From NCBI GenBank assembly GCA_048881705.1, contig JBHLSH010000037.1, positions 1 to 35,375 of the forward strand: a stretch of DNA of 35,375 nucleotides, in the 5' to 3' direction. Shown here in pieces: positions 28,558 to 35,375 of this stretch. Within the stretch, counting starts at the first letter, position 1, and every line of letters starts with the position of its first letter. A program made the position numbers and the translations under genes. The DNA comes from Candidatus Heimdallarchaeota archaeon. GTDB lineage: Archaea; Asgardarchaeota; Heimdallarchaeia; Hodarchaeales; Hodarchaeaceae. The notes below the pieces were generated by a model, which saw only the letters and a program-made list of their open reading frames with translations, was not told the origin of the DNA and made no database searches.

Positions 28558-28773
28558 CTAACCGAGGGTTAGTTTTCGAATCGCCAAACGAATATCGTCG
28601 CCCTCTACGGTCTTTTTTTTTGCATGCATCGCTATTTCTACCGCTAATTCGGAGATTCTGATCCCATATTCTTCTAGTTCCTGCTGCAAAATCTCAATCG
28701 CCGATTTGGAGACCCGATATGCTCCTCCCTTCCTGATAATTCGATCAACAGATGAATTGGGGATTTCTACCAA
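28558..28773 (-). CDS. Archaeal histone (HMf-type singlet, no tail)
   Basis: P....RII..GGAYRVS...HAKKKTVEGDDIRLA histone fold. TTG start with AGGTGA 8 nt upstream. Confidence 0.95.
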   Translation of the reverse strand: MVEIPNSSVDRIIRKGGAYRVSKSAIEILQQELEEYGIRISELAVEIAMHAKKKTVEGDDIRLAIRKLTLG

Positions 28774-28892
28774 GACTTATGTCACCTATCCAATGGTTAA
28801 AATCAAAAAACCGCTCGATTACTGTTCTACTAGGGATTTTTAAGGATCCATCAGATTTTACCTTCTCCAATGTTCAGTTTTTCAAGTAGTAC

Positions 28893-28900
28893 TTTTATAA
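28893..28900 (+). promoter_or_regulatory. Probable TATA box for rpl10e in the histone/rpl10e divergent region
   Basis: TTTTATAA about 54 nt upstream of the ATG; sequence similarity only. Confidence 0.4.
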
Positions 28901-28953
28901 TTCGGCCTTAGTTCACCTAACCTGACAGTTTTCAACTGAATGAGCTGATATTA

Positions 28954-29472
28954 ATGGGCAAGCGACCAGCCTCGTGTTATACTCGCGTTGACAGACCTCC
29001 CTACACAAGAAAAAAATATATTAAAGGGGGACCAGACCCCAAAATCCGCAGCTTCGACCTAGGAGAGCCAAGTAAAGATTTTCCTATTGAAATCTCCCTC
29101 CTCACCGATGAACGCTGTCAAATCAGTCACAATGCTCTCGAAGCCGCACGTATCCACGTCAACCGTTTCCTAACCCGAACGCTCGGTCGAGAGAACTATC
29201 ACTATCGAATTTGTGTTTATCCGCATCATCGTATTCGAGAAAACAAAATGATGACGGGAGCAGGCGCGGATCGAATACAAAACGGTATGCGTAAGGCATT
29301 TGGTAAAGTAATTAGCGTAGCAGCGAGAGTTTACGAGGGACAAAGACTTCTCTTTGTCAGAACAGATTTAGAGAATGTAGAGGTTGCGAAAGATGCATTG
29401 CGTCGTGGCAAGGCCAAGTTTCCAGTGCCTTGTCGAATCAAGGTCACAAAAGGGATGGAACTCCTTAATTAA
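28954..29472 (+). CDS. rpl10e: 50S ribosomal protein L10e/uL16
   Basis: RPASCY...PYTRKKYI.GGP, HNALEAARI, YPH..IRENKM.TGAGADR...GMR.AFGK. Confidence 0.97.
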   Translation: MGKRPASCYTRVDRPPYTRKKYIKGGPDPKIRSFDLGEPSKDFPIEISLLTDERCQISHNALEAARIHVNRFLTRTLGRENYHYRICVYPHHRIRENKMMTGAGADRIQNGMRKAFGKVISVAARVYEGQRLLFVRTDLENVEVAKDALRRGKAKFPVPCRIKVTKGMELLN

Positions 29473-29617
29473 GTAGCCTTTAGGATCAAATAAGTATCGT
29501 TTGAAGGGGAATGGAATGGGTCTCCAATTTCGGGATGTATTCACTCGTCCGTGGGGAAATACCTCCTTCATTTCAAGGCAAACTTAAGAAACCATTCTAG
29601 GTGAAAGGGCCAATCGA

Positions 29618-29679
29618 CAAGCTGTGACGAAACTGACCTAAACTGAAGCCCAGCTCGGATTAGGACACCTTTGAGCTTG
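29618..29679 (+). ncRNA. Box C/D dual-guide sRNA (predicted SSU and LSU rRNA targets)
   Basis: Stem CAAGC/GCTTG, 3-nt bulge, C GTGACGA 29624-29630, 12-nt guide, D' CTGA 29643-29646, degenerate C', 12-nt guide, D TTGA 29671-29674. Guides are complementary to UAGGUCAGU (archaeal 16S) and AGGUGUCCUAA (LSU H81). Confidence 0.85.
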
Positions 29680-29800
29680 GAGTTAATGATGTTCATGTAC
29701 CTCACCGAAAGCTTGTCATTACAGTTGAAGAAGTGCAGATCTATGTCTATGGGATCGCTTTAGGGTAGCCCTAGTATTATGACTGAATAAGGATCACAGA

Positions 29801-30157
29801 ATGGTAGAACCAAAACAAGTTATCATCCTCCGAAAAGACCTGAAGATGTCGAGAGGTAAGGCTGCGGCCCAGGCATCACATGCCAGCGTGGCCGCAGCGA
29901 TAAAAGTAATGCGAAAGGATCGAGACCAGTTCGAAGCCTGGTGGAGAGCGGGGCAAATGAAGGTGGTTCTCGGGGTCGACTCGGAGGCAGAGCTATTAAC
30001 GTTGGAGAAACAATTAAGATTAACGGGAGTTATTGTGGAGAAAATCAACGATGCTGGCAGAACCCAGCTTCCACCTGGAACCACCACGGCCTTAGGAGTG
30101 GGGCCCCATGTCAGAGAAGACGTGGAGAAGATCACATCAACCCTCAAACTATACTAG
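29801..30157 (+). CDS. pth2: Peptidyl-tRNA hydrolase 2
   Basis: KQVIILRKDLKMSRGKAAAQASHA, GQMKVVL, DAGRTQLPPGT.TALGVGP. Confidence 0.97.
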   Translation: MVEPKQVIILRKDLKMSRGKAAAQASHASVAAAIKVMRKDRDQFEAWWRAGQMKVVLGVDSEAELLTLEKQLRLTGVIVEKINDAGRTQLPPGTTTALGVGPHVREDVEKITSTLKLY

Positions 30158-30175
30158 CCTAGTACGGGATGATTC

Positions 30176-31285
30176 ATGCGCATACTTAAGAAAGATCTAA
30201 AGAATCACCGTATTATTTTGAGGATTGAAACTTCTACGGATCTATATATCTTATCCAACCTTATCGCCCCTGGAGATCAGCTGGTTGCAAAAACAAGTAG
30301 ACGAATCCGGCGGTCAGGGAGTGATGGCCGATCTGGAGAAGATAGTCAGCGGATTACCATGACTCTCGGAATTGAGGTTGAGGACTTTGCGTTTCAGGAT
30401 AGTTCGGTGAGCAATCGTTTGAGGGTGAAGGGAAAAATCTATAGAGGGCCAGAGCAACATGTCTCTCTTGGGACATATCATACGCTTAACATAGAATTAA
30501 CAGAAACAGTAACTCTAATCAAGCCTCAAGGATGGACAAACTATTACTTGAGACTTCTTGAGGAGGCGGAGGAGGCTAGTCGTAAACCAAAAATCTGCTT
30601 GATTGCAGTAGACAAAACAGAAGCCTGCATTGGTCTGTTAGACAATTATAATTTGATCATCCTTGGACAGGAGAAATCCCACATTTCACGGAAGCTTGCA
30701 AAAGACAAAACGCGGGCAAAACAGACCCAAGGTTTTTTTGACATGATTATCGGAATTATCGACCGAAAGGTGTTACCCGTAACAAAGAACATTGTAATCG
30801 GCGGGCCAGGATTTATTAAAGAGCGGCTGGCTACTGTATTGAAAGAGAAATTTTCCAAAGAAGCCCTAAATATCGTGATCGCAGGTTCTCTTAGTGGGGG
30901 AAATAAGGTGGGCCTATCAGAATTATTACAAATGGAGGCCATTGATAAACTTGCACAAGATTTTCGATATTTAGAAGATCAACGTGTAATCGACGAGTTT
31001 CTCAAAAGGCTAAATCAAGGGAGTACTGACATTTCTTATGGATTTCAAGGTGTAAGAGAAGTAGCTGGCACAGGAGCCATCGAAACGGTCGTTCTTCTCG
31101 ATTCTTGGTTACAAGGAACAACAGAAATCCATCCCGAGCATATAAACAATCTGCTGCACGAGATCGAAAGGATAAGGGGCCGAATTTCAATTGTACCATC
31201 TAACAGTGAAACTGCTAGTAAATTGAAGACGTTCGGGGGAATTATTGCTCTTTTAAGGTGGTCAGTCCCCTCAGCTACCCCGTGA
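30176..31285 (+). CDS. pelA: Pelota/Dom34 ribosome rescue factor
   Basis: DLYILSN.I.PGD, RLRVKGKI, G.YHTLNI, GGPGFIKE, C-terminal GGIIALLRW. Confidence 0.95.
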   Translation: MRILKKDLKNHRIILRIETSTDLYILSNLIAPGDQLVAKTSRRIRRSGSDGRSGEDSQRITMTLGIEVEDFAFQDSSVSNRLRVKGKIYRGPEQHVSLGTYHTLNIELTETVTLIKPQGWTNYYLRLLEEAEEASRKPKICLIAVDKTEACIGLLDNYNLIILGQEKSHISRKLAKDKTRAKQTQGFFDMIIGIIDRKVLPVTKNIVIGGPGFIKERLATVLKEKFSKEALNIVIAGSLSGGNKVGLSELLQMEAIDKLAQDFRYLEDQRVIDEFLKRLNQGSTDISYGFQGVREVAGTGAIETVVLLDSWLQGTTEIHPEHINNLLHEIERIRGRISIVPSNSETASKLKTFGGIIALLRWSVPSATP

Positions 31286-31297
31286 ACGCCAGGAGAT

Positions 31298-32341
31298 CTA
31301 AAGTTCCCAATAGTCTCTTAGGAGCTGGCTTGATCGTTCTAGGATGGCCACAGTATGTGGTTTGGGCGTTAATCGTGTCATAGATTTGGAGGGATATTCC
31401 CCAGGATCAAGAAAAGGAGAAATATAAGCTTTCAGTAGATCGGGGAGCATGGGAATGTTGTATCCTCCTTCTAAAAAGTGTGCACAAGGGATTTGTAATT
31501 CAGATGCCAGTTGTTGCAGGTAGTTTCCAATCAGGCTAAATCCCCCGGTTGTAACACCAAGAACACCAATAGGGTCCTTTTCATAGGCATCAAAACCCAC
31601 GGAAATGGCGAGGAAATCGGGATTGAATTCATGGACAATAGGGTATAGAAGCTGCTCAAAGGCAAGGCCGAAATCCGCTTCAGTTGACCGAAATCCCAAT
31701 GGAACGCAGATATTATATCCTCGGCCTTCTCCCTCTCCTATTTCATCAACAAAGCCTGTACCAGGGTATGCGATCCGAGGACTTGCGTGAATGCTGGCGT
31801 ATAAGATGTTGGGATTTTCTTCGTGAATGTATGCCGTTCCATTTCCAAAATGATGGTCAACATCTAGTATTGCCACACGTTGATATTTTTTCTCTTGAAT
31901 GGCGAGATCAGTGGCAATAGCAATATTATTAAAGATACAGAATCCTTGGGCAGCGCCACGAGTAGCGTGATGTCCAGGTGGTCTCGTCAAACAAAATATA
32001 GAACTGTTCCGATCACTTTCCCAGAGAGCTCTTTTTCCTACGGCTACCGCTTGACGAGCAGCCTCAAAAGAATATTGATTAGCGGCAGTATCCCCATCAA
32101 AATGGAAGAAACCCTCTGTTGTTTGTGTTTTTTCCACCAACTGGTAGTGATGGGGGCTATGTACGCTAGTAATTTCGGCCTCCGAGGCGGATTCATCACA
32201 TGTTTCATACCTTATTCGTTCGTCTGGGTGGGACTGAAGCCATTGTTCAAGGATTTCTATCCTTTCAGGGGATTCTGGATGGAAACTGCCGTTGGAATGA
32301 TGTTTTGCTAATTGATTGGAAATGAACCGGACATTCACCAT
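31298..32341 (-). CDS. Zn-dependent histone deacetylase/AcuC/APAH family protein
   Basis: HPESPERI, RPPGHHA, GFCIFNN, DVDHHFGNGT, GFDA...DP, LEGGY. ATG 32341 preferred over 32416. Confidence 0.93.
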   Translation of the reverse strand: MVNVRFISNQLAKHHSNGSFHPESPERIEILEQWLQSHPDERIRYETCDESASEAEITSVHSPHHYQLVEKTQTTEGFFHFDGDTAANQYSFEAARQAVAVGKRALWESDRNSSIFCLTRPPGHHATRGAAQGFCIFNNIAIATDLAIQEKKYQRVAILDVDHHFGNGTAYIHEENPNILYASIHASPRIAYPGTGFVDEIGEGEGRGYNICVPLGFRSTEADFGLAFEQLLYPIVHEFNPDFLAISVGFDAYEKDPIGVLGVTTGGFSLIGNYLQQLASELQIPCAHFLEGGYNIPMLPDLLKAYISPFLDPGEYPSKSMTRLTPKPHTVAILERSSQLLRDYWEL

Positions 32342-32456
32342 GATATGGCCCAGTGAGATAAAATCCTTAAGTCCTAGAAAAATTTTTCTTTGATGTAAAC
32401 CCGATTGGTAGAACAAACATGAAAAACTAGCATTTTAAAGCCAAAGTATTTCAGGT

Positions 32457-32535
32457 AAGTAAGAAAGCTTGATGAAGGATTTGGAAGTAAAAGCGAGGCA
32501 AAAGCCCTTCATTAAGCTTCTGAGAAAGCTTACTT
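32457..32535. repeat. Long imperfect inverted repeat in the divergent intergenic region
   Basis: AAGCTTGATGAAGG (32465-32478) / CCTTCATTAAGCTT (32506-32519), 13/14 complementary, plus outer AAGTAAG/CTTACTT. Confidence 0.6.
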
Positions 32536-32587
32536 GGTAATTCCCATTCAAGGTATCCTTTAATATTTCCAATATGAATGAAACCTG

Positions 32588-33085
32588 TTGCTGATAACTG
32601 TGTCTCCCCGTCGAATAGCTGTGCAACGGATCGTTTGTACTCGTAGCAACCAGAGTTCCCCGGCTTCGAAAGGGTTTCAGGTTGTAGGCTACAAGGACAT
32701 TGGACAAAACCTTCCCGAGTCCCAAGTGGGGTTTATTTTATCGGAAGTTCGAGTTATTTCCTTTCGACAGGTAGAACGGGGGATACGTACGAGGATCAAG
32801 TGGATTTCGACTGGATTTGAAGTCCGTGAGGAAATCCATGCTCTCGATCGGGTAGTTGACACTCTTAAACAGAACAATGTAGTTTTTGTGAGTTATGAGG
32901 ATCATTCCATGGTTGTTATGCAGGGGGAACCCAATCTCGCAGAGGGGCGGCTTATGGGGCAAATGGTATTAGTGACTTGGGACTGGGAAAATGACAGTGT
33001 TCAAATTGATCCGCCCTATACGAGCGCTAAGTTCCACTGCACTCTGGATGCGAAGAACAAACGAATCGATTGTCTGGTAAGATGA
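32588..33085 (+). CDS. Hypothetical protein (orphan; start uncertain)
   Basis: Longest ORF filling the gap between the HDAC and DoxX genes. TTG start without a clear SD; beta-rich C-terminal half; no family recognised. Confidence 0.45.
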   Translation: MLITVSPRRIAVQRIVCTRSNQSSPASKGFQVVGYKDIGQNLPESQVGFILSEVRVISFRQVERGIRTRIKWISTGFEVREEIHALDRVVDTLKQNNVVFVSYEDHSMVVMQGEPNLAEGRLMGQMVLVTWDWENDSVQIDPPYTSAKFHCTLDAKNKRIDCLVR

Positions 33086-33155
33086 CCCTTACCGTGTGTC
33101 TCCAGATACCTTCTTTATCTTGACGTGATCAGACACTCTATGATTTCCTGAGTTC

Positions 33156-33650
33156 TTATTGTTTGCTCTCAGATTTCCGAACTGTTCCACCAACGACAAT
33201 TGCTGCACTTATTAATATCAAGTTTTTAATTATGTATTGCCCTTCTAGGGTCGGTACAATTGGGAAAGTAACCCAAGTCGCCGCAGGAAGAATGATCAGA
33301 GGCATAAAAGTTAATGGCATCTGAATGGCTAGTAGAAATATTGCTATTCGCAAAGTTGGCCTAAATAGGAATAAAATACCGATAGAAACTTCGACAATGG
33401 CCAGTAAGGGATATAGATACTCGTTTAGGGGAATCCAATAGCCAGCTTGAGCCACGAGATCACTTGCCAATGATTCGGCGGGGCTTAAACCAAACGGTTT
33501 TAGGATCCCAAACCAAATGAATACAATCCCAAATGATATTCGCAGTAAGATTATACCGTATTCATTCATGGTTTTGGCAATGAAAGAATCAATCCTATCG
33601 AATGACTGCTTCATTGCATCATAATTCCGACTTGTGAACATGATATTCAT
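33156..33650 (-). CDS. DoxX/DUF417-like membrane protein
   Basis: LLRISFGIVFIWFGILK, VEVSIGI, PTLEGQYIIKNL; about 4 TM helices. Confidence 0.85.
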   Translation of the reverse strand: MNIMFTSRNYDAMKQSFDRIDSFIAKTMNEYGIILLRISFGIVFIWFGILKPFGLSPAESLASDLVAQAGYWIPLNEYLYPLLAIVEVSIGILFLFRPTLRIAIFLLAIQMPLTFMPLIILPAATWVTFPIVPTLEGQYIIKNLILISAAIVVGGTVRKSESKQ

Positions 33651-33758
33651 CCTCTCAGAGTGTGAAAACAGATCCCTCGGAATTAGATAAATAAATTCCC
33701 CTAGTACAACAATATTAGTAATATTTTCTTCAGTTTTAACAGGATTAATATGGAAATT

Positions 33759-33772
33759 GAGAAAAAAGAAAT
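33759..33772 (-). terminator. Oligo-U tract downstream of ftsZ
   Basis: The minus strand reads ATTTCTTTTTTCTC about 85 nt after the ftsZ stop, typical of archaeal intrinsic termination. Confidence 0.4.
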
Positions 33773-33854
33773 CAATATCGCGTAAACCAGGTATGATGAT
33801 TAATACCTAATACGGAGATAACAAGGAGATAAAGGACAAATCCGTACGATAAAT

Positions 33855-35138
33855 TTAGAATATGCCCAAAAATTTCTTTCGTGGCTTTTTAGCGTCATGA
33901 AGGATTTTATTTTCGAGATTAAATGGAGATGTTTTAATATTTTTCTTTTCCTTAGAATCTGATAACTTTTGCATTGATACAACAGAAAAAGGGGTATCAA
34001 GATCCGGCAGCAATGCGCTTAAGTCATTATTGGAATAGTAGAGCCCATCATTTCCTGTCAATGGAGAATGAACATCACTCAATACTACTATTACCCGTAT
34101 TCTATTACCCAAATCAGGATTTATGGTAGCGCCCCAAATAATTTCGGCCGAATTATCAATCTCTGTAGCTATCTTCATTACCGCTTCTTCAGCATCCTTG
34201 AGGGCAAGTCCTTCACCGCCAGAGACACAGATTAATCCTTTCTTAGCACGACTAATATCAAGATCATCTAACAGCGGATTTTTTAATGCCTCGAAAACGG
34301 CCTCTTCCACTTTTACAGTTTGATTATCTGATTCGCCAAGGCCAATCATAGCCATGCCTCCCTCTGTGAGGATCTTACGTACATCCGCAAAATCAAGATT
34401 GATGAGCTGAGGTTTTGTTATCAGTTCCGTAATTGCTTTAACCGCGCGTAAGAGAACTTCATCTGCGATTCGGAACGCTGCCATCATTGTGATTTCTTCT
34501 GAGATTTGGAGGAGTTTCTCATTTGGGACAACGATTACGGTATCAGAGGCCTCATACAGTTTCTTCAAACCGGTTCGAGCGTTTTCATATCGCTTTACTC
34601 CTTCCATCTGGAAGGGTAAGGTACAAATTGACACCGTGAGAGCCCCTTTTTCTTTGGCCTGCTTCGCAATGACATGTGCAGCCCCCGTTCCCGTTCCTCC
34701 GCCGAGTCCACATGTGATAAATACCATGTTTCCATGAAGGACATTTTTAATTTCTTCTAACGACTCCCGGGCCGCTGTTTCTCCAATTTCAGGGTTATTC
34801 CCCGCTCCAAAGCCTCGTGAACTATCTTTGCCGATTAATAGCTTACGATGAGCACGAGTCGATAGTAAATGTTGTGCATCTGTGTTTACGGCGACACATT
34901 CTGCGTCAACCTCGGAGTTCATCAATCTATAAACAGCATTGTTCCCCGCTCCGCCAACGCCAATCACCTGGACTCTCGGCAGCCGCTCGGTCAAAACATC
35001 TGCAATCTCATGATCTACTCCTTGCGGAGGAGTAAATTGTGAAACACGATCAAACTTTGGACCACTTTGAACCGAAAACGGGCTACTTTCTTCAAGCGCC
35101 CCACTTGCTTCTTTCAAACGTTCTAATAGCGAACCCAT
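33855..35138 (-). CDS. ftsZ: Cell division protein FtsZ (FtsZ1-like)
   Basis: IGVGGAGNN, AVNTDAQHL, GLGGGTGTG, T7 loop LINLDFADV. Alternative ATG at 35150. Confidence 0.97.
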   Translation of the reverse strand: MGSLLERLKEASGALEESSPFSVQSGPKFDRVSQFTPPQGVDHEIADVLTERLPRVQVIGVGGAGNNAVYRLMNSEVDAECVAVNTDAQHLLSTRAHRKLLIGKDSSRGFGAGNNPEIGETAARESLEEIKNVLHGNMVFITCGLGGGTGTGAAHVIAKQAKEKGALTVSICTLPFQMEGVKRYENARTGLKKLYEASDTVIVVPNEKLLQISEEITMMAAFRIADEVLLRAVKAITELITKPQLINLDFADVRKILTEGGMAMIGLGESDNQTVKVEEAVFEALKNPLLDDLDISRAKKGLICVSGGEGLALKDAEEAVMKIATEIDNSAEIIWGATINPDLGNRIRVIVVLSDVHSPLTGNDGLYYSNNDLSALLPDLDTPFSVVSMQKLSDSKEKKNIKTSPFNLENKILHDAKKPRKKFLGIF

Positions 35139-35300
35139 CTGCCAAATCATCCGTCATCTGTCTTTAAGCACATCTCGACAAAAATGATACAAAACAAGTC
35201 ATAACATGGTGGTAATATCAAGAAAATCTCTTCTTTTCTAGTCATTCCTTTCCCCAAGGGTGCAGCTAGGCGTTTTGATCCCATAAATGCGGGAGATGAA

Positions 35301-35374
35301 TGGGTCCGGGGAGATTTGAACTCCCGAGCTCGCGCGCCCCAGGCGCGGATCCTACCAAACTAGACCACGAACCC
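35301..35374 (-). tRNA. tRNA-Pro(GGG), intronless, CCA not encoded
   Basis: Acceptor GGGTTCG/CGGACCC, D arm GTCT..GG..GGAT, anticodon stem CGCGC/GCGCG with loop CT-GGG-GC, T arm GGGAG-TTCAAAT-CTCCC, discriminator A. Confidence 0.96.
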
Positions 35375-35375
35375 T

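Noticed and set aside
29568-29696. 42-aa minus-strand ORF with GGTGAGGT upstream
   Set aside because: It is antisense to the C/D sRNA that better explains this region, and the peptide resembles no known family.
29686-29728. Possible third C/D sRNA (ATGATGT...CCGA...TTGA)
   Set aside because: No terminal stem, no C' box, too little room for a second guide, and only a ~7-bp rRNA match.
25179-29800. RNase P RNA or SRP RNA near the rnp genes
   Set aside because: No GAGGAAAGUCC/P4 signature, no SRP helix-8 motif, and no GC-rich ~300-nt segment in these gaps.
1-35375. CRISPR arrays, IS elements, integrase at tRNA-Pro, and the many short antisense ORFs in the track
   Set aside because: No regularly spaced repeats, transposase or recombinase motifs, or duplicated tRNA 3' end were seen. 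The short ORFs are shadows of well-supported genes.

Overview
Archaeal genomic window, mostly housekeeping genes. PolD, histone, FtsZ, GatDE, archaeal DnaG and eL15/uL16 make it archaeal and non-Thermoproteales-like. An Asgard/Heimdallarchaeia-type origin is my unverified inference. The first 9.3 kb is one + strand, tightly coupled run: a type IV pilus/Tad locus (partial ATPase, two TadB/C-type membrane platforms, a coiled-coil protein, three class III signal peptide pilin-like proteins) running directly into a full-length but strongly diverged PolD large subunit (DP2) whose catalytic CDGD motif reads CNGD. Next come a CBS protein, RqcH/NFACT, two hypotheticals, gatE-gatD, a GlmU-like enzyme, a TPR-like protein, a YchF-family NTPase, a DUF2095-like protein, a SerA-like dehydrogenase, rpl15e-rnp3-rnp2, a tandem GNAT, dnaG, a histone, rpl10e, pth2-pelA, an HDAC-family protein, a DoxX-like protein, ftsZ and tRNA-Pro(GGG). 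Two box C/D guide sRNAs, invisible to the ORF track, lie at 25162-25222 and 29618-29679. Both have exact K-turn geometry, and three of their four guides point at rRNA positions that are 2'-O-methylated in eukaryotes. No CRISPR array, transposase or integrase was seen. All family assignments and rRNA reference sequences come from recognition and memory, not from searches.
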